Assembly (NCBI GenBank): GCA_964016885.1
Contig: OZ024740.1
Location: 363,444,001 to 363,508,000 of the forward strand
DNA from: Eledone cirrhosa
Lineage: Eukaryota
Direction of reading: 5' to 3'
Length of the DNA: 64,000 nt
Shown: piece after piece, positions 27,601-43,300 of the stretch
Layout of the letters: the number at the start of each line of letters is the position of its first letter
Position numbering within the stretch: position 1 is the first letter of the stretch
Translations under genes and position numbers: made by a program
Notes under the pieces: model-generated
What the model saw: only the letters and a program-made list of their open reading frames with translations
Told to the model about the DNA's origin: nothing
Database searches by the model: none

Positions 27601-29502
27601 ATTATTAAGCTGGTGTTTAGAATATAACTTTAAAATGTTTCTTACATAAAAAAAATGATGGAAGATGTTTAGATAGATATAAACAATTCAAAACAAACAG
27701 TTCTGATCTGTAGAACCAAAAGATGTTTCAGGCAGTTTGCTATCAAAAGGTTTTTAAGTAAAGTTTGCTGCATTCAGTTTTCACTTCATTATATTGTTTC
27801 TAACTATGTTTCTATTTTTTGGAGGAAGGAGGATTATTATACTTTTATAAATGTTTCACTCAATATTTTGTATATATTTCAGCTGGTTATTATTTACATC
27901 TAGAATACCAAAATTTGACTGAGAAAAATGTTGCACAGATATCTATGCCAGCATTTCTGCAGATGGACAAAAACTACTGTTTGTCTTTCTATTATTACAT
28001 GTCTGGCAAGTTTGACAAAGCCTTATACATCTATAGGTATAGCAATGATACTGAACTACCAGATGAAGAAGCTATTGCACTTTATGGTTCTCAAGTTAGT
28101 GGCTGGAATCATTTTAGAAAGCCAATTAAAACTAGATTGGAAAACCAGGTAAGCAGATTTCAAATGATAATTTCATCAGGGAAAGTTATGGTTTAGACTG
28201 TATCTGCTCTCTTGTCATCAGAGTGCAGGTCAGTTACCTTGGCATATCACTTTGAGAAAGAGCCTTAATATGGACAGTTTCTTGTCACAACTGGTCCCTA
28301 ATGGCGTCAATTGCAGTATCAATAGGTTCCCAGACAGGATAATCCTTTTCCCATTTGAGGGGGAAAGTCACTCATCTGAGATGCCACATGTCACACATTC
28401 TCTAGTGTCAATCTCATTGCTTTAACCACAAACCTGAGCACTGTCAGCCATAACTCAATGGAGCAGGAGATAATTAAATACAGACTATTTCCTTTGTGTT
28501 AGTTGTCATGGAGATCTCTGGTGTCCTTGGTTCTCAGACCCATTTTACTCAGCTAAATCAGATGGAGGGCATCATGCCTGAGGAAGGGTAGAGAGAAATC
28601 TTCAACTGTGCTAAGGACACGACAGGCTTTCTAGTGCTGGTGCCATGATAAAATGCACTCAATACACTCTGTGAAATGCTAATGCTGATGCTATGATAAA
28701 ATGCACCCAGTGCATTATGTAAAGTGGTTGGTATTAGGAAGAACATCCAGCTGTAGAAACCATGTCAAAATGGATTATATCTGAGCAAAGTAGAGACCCC
28801 TGGTCTGTCTAGGAGGCCAGTAGCTCCAATTAAGTACTGGGTTGTTCTGTAACAACTCATTCAACTCATCCAACAATAGAAAAGTGGATAAAAAAGATGA
28901 TTATGATAAATGAGGTTGAGAACAATGATAACAGTAATGTTAATTGTATGTTCACCTGTGTAGAGAGAAAAATTTAAAGTAAGATTTTTTTGATAAAGGT
29001 TAAATAATAAATCTAGATAAATTTGGATTTTTGAAAAGTTATTCAACTTTTTGTTTCAGTTAATGTTTGAAGCTCATCTAGAAGGCCCCTCAGATATTGC
29101 CATTGATGATGTCCAACTTGAAGAAGGCAACTGTCAAGAGTTGAATATGACCTCAGGCAAGTCACATTTCTGCTTTTATTTTAGTATGGAAATCTAGCTC
29201 AGTGTTTGTTCCACTGTAGAATTATACACCTCTGTTTAATGAAATTTTATTGGTTTTAGGCAAAGGACCAGGGCAAAACCCTTTGCTCCAGACAATGATC
29301 ATTAAGAAATAAAGTGGTTGACATGGTGCCATGAAAAATGGACCCAACACACACTATAAGTTGGTTGGAACTAAGAGAAGCATCCATTGAAACCATGTCA
29401 AATATTAAATGTAATAAGTAAAATGGGGTTGTTCCAACCTATCTGGACCTCTGGACCATAACAACCTCTCCAACCCATGGCAACATGGAAAACATGTAAA
29501 AT

Positions 29503-29556
<54 letters not shown>

Positions 29557-29580
29557 CACACACACACACGCATGCACACG

Positions 29581-29626
<46 letters not shown>

Positions 29627-29750
29627 CACATGCACACGCACACGCACACACTTGCACATATATATATATATGGAGTATCTGTGGTGCTAAAAGGAGCTTG
29701 GAGAGGGAACAAGCTGAAATTGCCTGAGATTGCAGTTGGACCTCCACCTC

Positions 29751-29794
<44 letters not shown>

Positions 29795-32700
29795 TGAACA
29801 ATAAAAACAAAAGGCGAATTTTAGTGCTTAATCAGTTCATAGTTTTATGGTCATTTCAGAAGATCATGATAAATAGATATAGTGACTAATTGATAGCAGT
29901 AATTAGTCCTATAAGAGTGTTCTTTCAATAAATCTATTCCCATTCTAATAATTTAGTTGTATTATCAAACACCTGGTAGTTGTTAAGAATTCATCTCATC
30001 TCATCTGTCCCATAGTCTGGTGGACCGTTGGGGCAACCGTTGGCCTGGCAACCAGCTCCTTCCATTCCTCTCATGGTTGCACCCAGCTTTATGCCTATCC
30101 ATTCCGGGATGTTGTCACCCCATATCTTTTTCTGTCTGTCTCTTTTTCTCCCTCCTTATACTGTTCCCTGCAGCACAGTCTAGGCAATCCCTGAAGATCT
30201 TGTCATGTGCCTGTACCATCTCAATTTGGATTTGAGAATTAAATATATGTAAATGAGAAAAATATAGATATTCAGTTGAATAGTTGTTTATGTTTTAATG
30301 CTATATTTGTTTCTATAATTTTATTAGATGGGATGGTTACAGCTGGATGAGCTGATATTAATTTCATAAAATGATTTTGGTGGGTAGATAATATCTACAA
30401 CATTTGGTACTTATTTTATTGACTCTCAGATGGAAGAAAGACAATGACCAACTGCAACTGAAATTGAAGTGAAAATATAAAGAGAATAAGAATTCAGTGA
30501 TGGTCTTGATGATGAGCATTCAATTGTTTAAGCCTTCATTACCATATTTCTAATGAGACAATACCTCATCATCACCATGTCCATTTTTCCTGCTAGAAAG
30601 GGTTGGAATGATTCAGTACTTAATCGGAGTCATAAACTTCTCAGATAGGCTGGAGGCCACATCTTGTTTACATATATTCCTGCACTCTACTGAGATCACC
30701 AGGTGCATTTTATTGCAGCACCAGGAATAGGGACATTGTCATGTTTACGACAAAACTGAAGAGTCCTCGAAACTCTTAGTTTGACAAGTTTCTATGGCTA
30801 AGTGCCCTTTTGTATCACCAACCATTTTACTGAGTGTATCGGGTAGGTTTTATTATGTGACCAGCACAGGAGAGTTTTCTCAATTGCCTATTATTATCAA
30901 ATAATTTAATGCTTATATTTCTTTCTGTAGGTTATGATTCACTGGATAATAACCCAGCTACATCAGTTCAAAGTTTGCCTTTCAAGTGTAACTTTGAACA
31001 AAAAGCTTTGTGTGGCTTTATTGTGAAATCAGGCATTATTTCCTGGAAGCAAGGACATGGTAGAAGATCTTATTTGAACCATGGGCCTAGAGAGGATCAT
31101 ACATTTCGAACTGGATCGGGTAAAGTTTTGTTTATGTGCTTGTATCATTCAGTTAATGAATTAGATCTCATAATTAGTCCTAATTAACAGAATAAATAGA
31201 AACATGAAATTAACTAATTGCTATTTGCAAACCTTAGTGACTTCCTTATTTGCTTCTATTGTTCCTTAGAAAAAATGATTTTATTAATGAAGATGAAGAG
31301 CATAAGTTGTCCTGTAGACTGTGAGAAAAAAAAAAAAGGATAGCATGGTTTTATGGTTAAGGATATGTGCAGGGCTTCCTGTATGTTTTCATGTGATACC
31401 GTATAAGAGTTAACTCAACAGGAAGAGGCAATATCTATTATTCCTAGTTTCTCATTTCTGGTTTTCTGTTTCAGGCAAATATTTGTATTCATCACCCCAT
31501 TGGAGAGTTGTGAAAAAAGAGGCTGTATTAGTGTCTCCTAAATTTTCTGGAAAAGATCAAAGTTGTCTACAGTTTTGGTACAATATGTATGGAAGAGATG
31601 TCAATAAACTTGAAGTTATTATACAGAACAAAACAGTTTGGTATGCTGTGGGAGATCAAGGTTTTGGTTGGAAAGTTGCCTATGTTTCTATAAAGCCCGG
31701 GCAAGATTTTAATGTAAGTTGTCATTTTTTCTAGCAATTGTGCCATGATAAAATTCCCCACTACACTCCATAAAGTAGTAGTGCTAGTGTGATGATAAAA
31801 TGCACCCAGGACACTCTGTAAAGTGATTGTACTAGTGCCAAAATAATATACGCCCAGTATAGACTGTAAAGTAGTGCTGGTTCTACAATAAAATGCACTC
31901 ATTACACAGAGTAAAGTGTTGGCATTAGGAAGAGCATCCAACTGTAGAAGCCATGCCAAATATGGAATTTAGGAGCGGTATGATATCTCCCTGACCTATC
32001 TAATCTTGAACAGTGATAAACCATTTAGTCCATGCCAACATGGTAGGCAGACATAAAATGAGCATGATAATGATCCACTGTTAATTACTCCACTTCCTTC
32101 ATTATGTATGTTAGTTTTATTATTTTTATTTAGTGATTAACTCTTAACATCCTATGCTACATGAAGCCACATTAGTAAGTCATCCTTGAAAAGTATAACA
32201 CAGGACTGGGACAGCATCACATTAAGAATTAAAGTTTTAGTTTATTGAAAATGTTCACAATGATCTGTCCACTAGTAAATATACTATAAATATTTTAATT
32301 AATACACCTTAAGAAATCACATTAGCAAGACATTCTAGAAAAGTAAAAAACAGCACTATGGTTGAATCATATTAAAAATTAAACTCTTTACTTTAGTTTA
32401 CTGCAAATTTTTGCAATGGTCTGTCAATTAATAAAGCTATTTTTAGATATTTTCTGCTAATTCATTACAGTGTTCAGATCAGTTTATAATGATCTTTAAA
32501 TCAATCGACTTTCAGATTACATTTAATGCTTGGAATAGCTATGGTTCCGATGGTTATATTGCCCTAGATGATATACATCTTCAGCAAGGAAAATGTTCCC
32601 GACCAGGTTTGGATTTTCTTTTTCAAAGACATTTGTTAATTTTCAATTGAAATTTTATTTTCTATTTAAACCATCAATATGTTAAGCTACATTGGTATCA

Positions 32701-35700
32701 CTATTGTAGCTATACCTCTGTTAATGGAACAGCCTGCTCATGTAATTTAGTGTGCACATAGTTGAGCATTCTGCAAACATGCATACCCTTACATAGTTCT
32801 CAGGAATATTGAGAGTGATATAATGTGACATGAAATCTGTTGTAATCACAAGCACAGCTCATTTTTGCCAACTGAGTGGACTAGAGTAACATCAAATAAA
32901 GTGTCTTGCTCAAGAGTACAACATGCTACCAGGAATCAAACTTATGATATTACAATCATGAGCTGAACACTCTAACCACTTGGCCACATGCCTTCATCGG
33001 TATCACTAATATGAATAAAAACTAGGACAATTACAACACCAATTTTCTAGCACGCTTAGTTCCAGACCCAAGCTGAATTATCTGTTTTGCCAGACTATAT
33101 AATATTTAATAAGGAACATACCATAAGTCAGAAATACTCTTTGTATACCTCCAACTATAAAGATGTGGAGGTGTAAATGTTTAGAATTATACCTAATGCC
33201 ATGTGATAACCTCCTAACATGAATTAACTGGTTTGCAGGTCTAGACACATTCAGAAAGCCACTGAATCTGCTACCCACAAATTAATTGCCATTTGTGAAT
33301 CAAAAGACATAGCTGATCTTCTAGAATTTTCTGGCAGCTCATCCAAAAACCTAGGCTGTGCTCCCCTGAAGGGTGCTCTCCAACTTGGTCAACCGGGTCC
33401 AAAACCCAGACTAATTAGGCTGTCTTTTTCAAACTCTACTGAGACACGTTTATATCATTTAGCCTCTGATAAAGCTTGGCGTGAAAATTGGATTACTTTT
33501 CAAAAATGCCCTGGCCTACCATCTGATGTACGTCCAAAGCTATGTGCTGCAGCTTCCTTAAATCACAACTCAACACAACATGAAAGCTTCAGCTTACGTG
33601 ACGATGGACAGATATGGAAGTTTAAGTCTGGGGAAACATGGAAAAGAGATACCAGCTGGTCTGGGCACACTGTAACCACAATAGCTGGTAATGAAAAAAC
33701 TATGGAAAACTAAATCAGAACAACCTGCGACCCCTACACATCATCATGAACTGAAATCAAAGTACAAATTGTTGTCCTTAAATGCTCGTAGTTTATGCAA
33801 CAAGATCTTTTTGATTCTTAGGTCAAAAGTATCAACTCCAATTTCATTACAGTCATTGAAACATAGGCACATTCTTTACTCTGTGATGGGGTTTTCAGCA
33901 TAGCTGGTTACAACTTGTTTCGTAAAGACCGTATTAATTGTCATGCTAGTGGTGTGATGGTCTACATTTGTTCAAACTTTTCAGCAATTCCTTGCGTTGA
34001 TTTGAACCAATCCCAACAATAAGTATTTTTCTGCGATATATGTATGACCATGTCAACACTTCTACTTGGAGTTGTTTATGGTGCCCCAAATTACCATCAG
34101 GACACACAGCTTTGTGATATCCTCAGAGCTGCTACCAAGAAAACAGCCCCTTATGCTTTTTATTGCAGGTGACTTCAATCACCCTGAAATTGATTGGGAA
34201 GCCTTTCGTTAGCCGCAAAGTGCTAATGATTTCCTTAAGCTAGTGCTGGACTCAAACTGGTCCCAAGTAGTCACCTCCCCCACAAGTGGTGACAACACTT
34301 TGGATCTACTCTTTACCACTACTCCTGAAATGGTTATTAGTGTCACTACTGAGGAGCCTTTAGATGACTCTGATCATGCTATAATTATTGCCAATCTGTC
34401 TCTTATGGGCAGTAACAAAAACCACAGCCTGCTCCAAACTGCTCACTTTGACTCGAATAAAGCAGACTGGAACTCTTACTGCACCAAGCCTTAACGCCCA
34501 AACTGGCTTGAATTTTATGACTCTGGGGAGTGAACACTATACTTCAGAACATCCTGAACTCAATATGGACAGCATGTGCAGCAGCAGTACTATGTAAGCA
34601 CAAAAACATCCCCAGAGTGCAATTTGGGAGACTACAGAAGTCCAACTTGCCAGGAAAAAACGTAATGCTGAACAGGAATACAAACTGCATAAATCAGATA
34701 CCAATAGAAAAAAATCATCCAACCAGCTCAAGCAGGTGACAAAAAAGGCAGTGCTTGAATTTGAACAGTGCAGAGCAACCAACCTTGACAGTAAAATGTT
34801 CTGGAAATATATACATTCAAAGCAGAGACCTCACTCTCCAGTTGGTCCTCTTCGCAATCCCCACACAAGCCAGATTACTGACGATCCTAAAGAATGCGCA
34901 GAACTCATTGCTGAATGCTATGTAGGCATTTTCACTATTGAAGACCAGAGTGTACCGTCTTCACCACCTCTGACATCAAGTTCTATAACAACTATGGAAT
35001 TTACACCTGCAATGCTGCAACGCCACCTTAAGAATAAGCGCAACTATGCCTCTCCTGGTCTTGATGGTGTTACGTACCTGCTTCTCAAACATGGCGGGTA
35101 CTTTCTTCTACCCCAGCTTCACTATCCTTTCAATTCTGTCTCAACAATGGTGCTACTCCGGAGCAGTGGAAAACTGCCAGTGTCATTCCCCTGTTCAAAA
35201 AGGATGACTGCACATCGCCTGTCAACTATCATACACTCAGTCTACTAGCTGCATCGCCAAACTGATGTGTGTCAGAGAAACACCCTGGAACTTCTGGAAT
35301 TTTCACAGCTTTATCCAGCCTTCATAATTTGGATTTATCTCTAACTCCAGCTGCTGTGTTCAACTTATTGAGTTTCTTAAAGACATCACCCGGATTACTG
35401 ATGGCGGCTCATGGGTGGATGTTGTTTACCTTGACTTTACTAAAGCTTTTAATTTTGTGCCACACAAAAGACTTATGGCAAAACTCTCTGCAATGGATGT
35501 GAGAGATGATCTTTTTAACTGGTTGAAGTCCTTCATTCTCAGTCGAAAAGAGGTAGTCATGGTTCTAGGACAGCATTCTTCCCCGTATGAGATATCATCT
35601 GGTGTACCACAGGGATCTGTTCTTGGTCTCCTTTTGTTTGTTGTATACGTTAATGACATAGATGCCAACTTAAAGAATGCCACAGTCCAAAATATGCAGA

Positions 35701-38700
35701 TATCAAGCTGTACCTTGAGATAAAAAGGACAGATCCTGAACACTATAGATCTTTCCTGCAATCAGACCTGGACATAATGCAGCAATGGATCATGTACTGG
35801 CAACTCAAGCTGGCTGTGGACAAGTGTACCACCATGCATTTTGGGAGGAAAAAACCCAGCGCCCACATACTCACTCCACAACACTAATATCAAGAAGTCT
35901 TCTTGTGAACGTGGCCTGGGCATTACTGTCAGCAGCGATATTTTTTGGACGAAGTACACCTCTAAAATTGTCAAGAAGGCCAAGGGTTTCTTAGCATCAC
36001 TCAGCAAGACCTTTGTCAGCCACTCTCCAGCTATCTATTTAAAGCTGTATATAGCTATGGTGTGGCCACACTTAGAATTTGCATCACCAGTCTGGAACCC
36101 CTATCTTGCCCAGAACATTGACCTCTTAGAAACTGTTCAGAGACGTGCAACCAAGGGAATACCCTACTATCAGGCATCTACTATACTCTGAACGCCTTGC
36201 TTCCCTGGGCATGGATACATTGAAGCTCTGACGTCTGGCAACTGACTTGGTAAACACCCACAAAATTATTAACTATCTTGCCAACAACAACCCTGTTCAC
36301 CTTTTTGAATTCCAAGTGTCTAACACACATGGTCATGCCAACACAGTAGAAAACAGCACAGCTCCCATGACTTTCGGAAACATTTTTTCATGCTCAGAGT
36401 TGCTGAAGTATGAAACAAACTACCTGCATCAGTTGTTAGCTACTGAGACACTGCATCCTTTAAAACTTCCATGCTTCCTGAAATTCGCCAACACTATACC
36501 TGATATCCCCCCTCCATATACATGTACATATGTATATCATGACTCATACACTGTTTACTTTCTTGACATTTGTACATTATTCTATATACTATACATGCAC
36601 ATTTGATGAGTTGTAGTGCACCTGAGCACTGTACAAAATAATATCATTATTATTATTATTATTATTCCATAGAGACTTTTTACAGTATAGGATTAAAAAA
36701 TATTTAGTGTTGCCGCTACCTCCTCCACAACAACCATATTGCTCTCTCATTCTCTCTTTCACTCACACACACACACACTACCAACCCCTTTCCAGCAAAA
36801 TAGACATTTTACACAAGATATACAACAGCTTTAATAAAATAGATGTATTTTTCTCAATCATAGTAACCATTTATATTTTTTTTTCTTTAAAAGATGTCTG
36901 CAATTTTGAGAGAGCTATGTGTTCTTGGACAAACACCAAAACAGACAGTCTTGACTGGGTTGAAACAAAAGGTTCTGGAACTAAAGGAATTGGTCCACAT
37001 GCAGATCACACACATGGGACAAATAAAGGTAACGTAACTGTCCCTTCTATATTGTATTTTCATTAGTCTTGAAGCAGATCACTTATAATACAAAATGGAC
37101 TTTCATCCCCAGCATTTTACAGCTATTTTCCATGCTGGCATTGGTTGGTAGGATTTGAACTCAGCATGTAGGGAGTCAGAAGAAATACAGGAGGCATTTC
37201 GTTCCACTCTCCAATGACTTTGCTAATTTGCCTCTAGATAATGTAATCATGGAATAAGTAGTACAATTCCCTCACAGCTTATTAAACTTGAGTTAGTGTT
37301 ATTTTTTCTGTCTTTTCAAGTTCCAAAACAAATATAACTGAGGATACCAAACTGGCCAAATTTCCATTGATTCTTTGGTATAAGTTTAGTTTGAAGTGCT
37401 TATATTTATTTAAAACCTTCTATCATTATTTTATGTAACATTTGTTTTTGATATGCTCCAAACACCAGCTTAATAATGAGAAAGTTGATTATATTCAAAA
37501 TTATTTTGATAGTTATAGACATTATTTTTCATTAGAAATATGGTAAAGAAAGGGTTAACATATTTATATTAATCTAATTAATCTAAGAATCTTCTATCGT
37601 AATTTTATATGTATGCACTTTTGTTAAGATCCTTTCCAAACAGCAGCTGAATAATGAGAAAGATAGTTATATTTCTAAATCTCTCCAAATTCTTGATTAG
37701 TTTCAAAATTAATTGAAAATTACAGACAGTGTCTCCTTCACTAGAAATAAAATAACACAAATATCTTTTTTATTTACAGGGACATATTTGTTTCTTGATG
37801 CAAAGAAAGCTAAATTGGAGGATACACGAGCTTTATTATCCAGTGAAGCTTTCTCAATGAGGGTGAAGGCAAAATGTCTACATTTTTGGTACCATATGAA
37901 AGGAAACGTTGGCCAACTAAGAGTTTACAAACAAAATGAAAAGAAAAAAGAGATGCTCTGGTCACTTATTGGGGACCAAGGTTCCACATGGAATTATGCA
38001 TGTGTTGAAATTCGAATACAACCAGATAATTTTTATGTAAATATAAATGTTTGATAATAGATACTGCTGGTATACAACATGCATTCGAAACCATTTTACC
38101 TGATAAAGCAAGGGTTAGCCAAATGGACCACATAACAGGCTTTGCCATTTTGCTCTGTTATCTCCATCCCTCCTCATCAACCCTTGGCTTACATTTCCTC
38201 ATCTTTAGCCATATCTTTCTTGGTCTCCCTTATACTTCCTTCCACATTCATTTCCATCACTGAACTTACCCTGTCATTTTCATCATTCCTCAACACATGA
38301 TCTAACCATCTCATTCCAATACTTTTCACAACATTCACTGGCTCAATTCCCATCATCCTCTACAATTCATTGTTTGTCTTTCTGAATGATATTCCACTAA
38401 AGCCATCGTAATTATCTGGAAGAAGCTTTGTTGAGATATGTTCCGAACAATAGCTTAATAATGAGAAAGTTCAAAACGATTAAAAAAAACCCATAGGCAC
38501 TAGCTTTCATTAGAAATATGGTAATAAAAGGTTACTGTAGTGAGCCTTCCCATATTATTAATCTATGAAATTATATCCATAAAAAAAGATATTAGCATTA
38601 ATGATAATTGTTGTGAATAGTGAGGGAGACAACTCTGGTTTTCAAAATAAAAATTTCTTCCATCTATTCTCCATCCTTCCTTCCTGTTACTCTTTCACTG

Positions 38701-40238
38701 GTTTCAGTCATTAGACCAAAGCCATGCTTGGGCGCCGCCTTTGTCCAACAATTAATTTTAACTTTGTTGTTACCATATTTCTACTGAAATACACTATTTG
38801 AATTAATTAGTGAAGAATTTTGAAGGATTTATTGAAATTATTATTTCATTTTTATGGTGATATTTGTAATATAAGTTAAGAAAAAGTTTTTATATCAGAT
38901 TGTGTTGGAATATTTTTATTTAAATAGAAACACTTGGAAATTGGTGGGTTTATAGAAAGTGGAAGAAGTTTTGGGCAGGTTGGTATCAAAAGGGTTGATG
39001 ATGTTATTGTCTAACCCTTTTTGATACCAAGCATGGCCAAACCCACCTTGGGTTCCATGAAAGAAACACACCAATTTTTAAAAGTTCCTATTTAAATTAA
39101 AATTTAAAAAAATAATTTTATATAAGAATCATTGTTTGAGTTAAAATCTTGTCAATGAAATAATAAATAACTTTTGTTAATCCATCGAAATTTTTCAATA
39201 ATTAACTGAAGTACAGGATTCTTATCTAAATTAAAATATTCCAAAAATAATGTTAAATAAGAATCATATGTTCAGTTACTATCTTAGTAATAAAATAATT
39301 AATAATGATTGTACATTTCTCAAAATTATTCATTATTTAACTGAGATACAGGGTTTCTATTTAAATTGAAATCCTCCAAAATAATTGTTTCTACTTTTGG
39401 CACAAGGCCAGCAATTATCCCAGTACATTACTGGTACTTTATTTTATCGACCCCGTAAGGATGAAAGGCAAAGTTAACCTCGGCGGGATTTGAACTCAGA
39501 TAAAAAATGGAGGTAACTCTATGCTTCAAAAGATGCCGTCCGACCCTCTATCGATACAGCCAATCCACCACCATTTACTGCCAATCCACCACCATTACAT
39601 AATCCTCCAAAATAATGTTGTATCATTTATTGAGTTATATATTAGTTATATAATAATTAATTTAGTAAATCCATGAAAATTCTTCATTAACTGGAATACA
39701 GAGTCCCTAATTGAATTAAAATCTAAAATAATTTTGTATAAAAAACATAAGTTACAATCTTAGTAATAAAATAATTATTAATTTTATTATATTGCTCAAA
39801 ATATTTCACTAATTAATTGAAACACTCACAAAAGGTGTTAGGGTGTAAGTGAAAATTAAAACAATTTCTAGAAATGAATTCAAGAGAAAAGTGTTTTATA
39901 TCTGTATCTTCTTTATATTACCAGTTGGTTATTGAAGGAATCATTGGTTTAAATAACACAGGAGGAATTGCTATTGATGATTTGGCTATAAATAGTATTC
40001 AGTGTCAAAGTAAGTAGTATTTCTTCATTTTAACAGATATTTTTAATATTATAATTTGAAATGCAAAATCACTTACCTTAACTAATTTACTGTCTTTATT
40101 GGTAGCAACTCCTTCAAAGGCCAATTTACAGAAATCTGTTGTTAAAACTACAAAGAAAAGCATAACATCAATTCCTGTTACAATTGAACCAGGAAGTAAG
40201 TATCAGATATAATTTTTCTTGTATAGAGCCCAGATTTA

Positions 40239-40305
<67 letters not shown>

Positions 40306-43300
40306 TTTACATCCACTTTTCCCTGCTTGCAAGGGTTGGACGGGTCCTATTCAGCACACCATCTCTCCACTTGTCACTGTCCTTTGTCATCTCCTCAGTG
40401 AGTTTCAGTGATCTGAGGTCTGCTCTCACCACCTCCGTCCATGTTTTACGTGGTCTACCTCTACTGAGTCTTCCTTCTACTGGGATTTCTTGGTATTTCT
40501 TTACCCACCGGTCATCCTCCATGCGCATCAAATGTCCATACCATGTCAGCCTTCTCTCCTGCACACCACAACTTATCCTTCTTATACCCAGTTTCTTTCT
40601 CAACTCGTCTATGCTTGGTCATAAACGCACATTGACATTGCACATCCAACGGAGCATACTTGCTTCATTTCTCTCCAGCCGTAACTTATCCTCTGCAGTT
40701 GCTGCCCATGTCTCACTACCATGCAGCATCACGCATCTCACACAGGCATCATATAACCGTCCTTTCGTACACAGGGAGAAACCCTTCTTTGTCAACAAAG
40801 GAAGCAGCTCCCTAAACTTCTTCCAACCCATCCTTATTCTAGATACTATGGCCCCGGAAAACCCCCCTCCCATGCTAATCTGATCACCTAGCTACCAGAA
40901 GCTATCAACCACTTCTATTGAACCCACCTGCATTGGAAAAATGTGTCTATCACTGCGATTACTACTGCCAACTTTCCCTGTACATCTACTGCATACATAG
41001 TTTTTCCTCCCTGTTAGCTTGCCTGCTATCCCACTACATCTCTTGCATACTCAAGATCTGCATTGCGTACATTTTATGGAATTTATGCCAGTTCCTTTTC
41101 TACATATCGAACATGGCCATTTCCCTGATGGAATTGGAGTATTGTCCTCGCTTCTACTTATCAACACTTTTGTCTTAGCTATGTTCACTCGCAGTCCTCT
41201 TGATTCCAATTGCTGTTTCCATAGCCAGAATTTATTCTCTAGCTCCTCTACTGAATCTGCTATAAGAACCAGATCATCAGCATAGAGAAGCTCCCATGGG
41301 CATCCAGTCTTAAACTCCTCTGTTATGGCTTGGAGGACTATAATGAACAAGAGCGGGCTGGCGACTGAACCCTGATGTACACCTACTTGTATCTGAAATT
41401 CCCCACTAAACTCCATACCTACTCTCACTTTACTGACAGCACCCCTGTACATAGCTTGCACTGCCCTCACAAGCCATTCCTCTACACCTAGTTTCCTTAG
41501 GAACCACAAAATGACAGATCGGGGTACCCTATCAAAGACCTTCTGTAGGTCAACAAAAACTAAGTATAGTGGCTTATTCTTCTCTAAGAACTTCTCTTGT
41601 AGTTGCCTCACTAAGAAGAAGGCATCTGTTGTACTTTTCCGAGGCACAAAACCAAACTGCATCTCATCTAATTTGACCCTTTCTCTAATCAGTTGCGCTA
41701 ATATTCTCTCTGCCACTGTCATAATCTGATCCATCAGCTTTATGCCCCTATAATTGCGCTTCTCTAGAGCATCCCCTTTACCTTTGTAGCAATTTATGAG
41801 AATACTGCTGCACCAGTCTTTGGGTATGACACCACCATATATAACTTGATTGATTATGCGTGCAACCAGTTTAATGCCTACTTCACCTGATGCCTTCAGC
41901 ATCTCAGCAACTATCCCCAACGGTCCAGCAGCCTTACCATTCTTCATTTCTTTAATTGCCTCTTGTACCCTATATTCGTCAATCTCAATAGCTGGTCCCT
42001 CTGTTGGGTCTACTGGGGGTAATTTCTCTCTGTCCCATTCATTCTCCACATTCATCAGTCTCTCATAATGACATTTCCAGGCCTCCTTTTTTTGATCATT
42101 CGTGACACTAAGTACACCGGCATCATTCCGGACACACTTATCTCCAACAACTTCCTGATTTTCACTGACACACTGCCTTGCAATGCGGAACACCGCACAT
42201 CTCTGATCTTCCCATCGCAGAACATTGGCAAACCTCTTACTCTCAGCCTCCCTGCGTGCTAAGTACACTTGACGTCTAGCTTCTCTCCTAGTGGCTGTGT
42301 ATCCTTCCCTACTCCCACCATTTTTCCAAGCCTTCCATGCCAGTCTTTTGTCTCTAATGACCCTATCTACCCTGCTGTTCCACCACCAGGTCACTCTCTA
42401 TCTGGTTGAAGCTCTGCCCAAACCACAAGTTTCTTCAGTAGCCTGCAGTAAGATGTCACGTAAGAAATTCCAGTTATCATCTATGTCATACAACTCTAAA
42501 TCGTCTTCTTTTTTGTCATACACGTCTTGAAGGGCTTTGTGAAAAAATATATTTTGATGAAAGGTCTTTTAGCTTCCAGACCTTTCTTTTCCAGACCTTT
42601 CTTTTCCACACCTTCCTGTATGTCTCATTCTTCCTCATGCTTATATATGTAAATCTGGTGCTCTATACAAGAAAAATTATAGCTGATACTCGTTATTTAA
42701 CCTAATTGTATGTTTGTTGTTGTGGTGATTTCTGTGGCTTTGCCCCCTTAACCACACTTTTCAATTTGTCATGCCTTTTAACGTATGTTTATAACTCTAA
42801 GATGTAACTTATCGATTTATCAATATCTTCTTATTGAGTGCTTTGTGCAAAGTTTCTGAATATTGTCTTTTCGTTGATGCTGGCCGAGTGCTACAATTTC
42901 AATTTTACTCACTCCCACTCTTATATATATATTTATATATAAATCTCTCTCTCTATATATATATAGGTATATATATAAACGTATTTGTTAGTTTTATATC
43001 AAATAATAATTGTTTCTGCTTTAGGCACAAGGCCAGTAATTTGAAGGGGAGAGGAAAGTTGATTAAATCGACCCTGGTGCATTACTTGTGCTTTATTTTA
43101 TCGACCCTGTAAGGATGAAAGGCAAAGTTAACCTCAGCAGAATTTGAACTCAGAACGTAAAGAGCCATAACTCTATACTCTAAAGCATAGTGTCCAATGC
43201 TCTACTGATACTGCCAATCATAATATTCGATTCATTTGCAAGCAAACAGCCTCTTTATGCTAAGTTTTTTTAGATGACTGCTGTCATCCTTTTGTTCTAG

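Noticed and set aside
29398-29810. Cys/Val- and His/Thr-rich ORFs (also 9498-10069, 21281-21690, 59894-60172)
   Set aside because: Translations of (CA)/(TG)/(TA) microsatellites.
40371-40883. Long antisense ORFs over LINEs (also 51664-52176, 59352-59903)
   Set aside because: Shadow frames opposite retroelement coding sequence.
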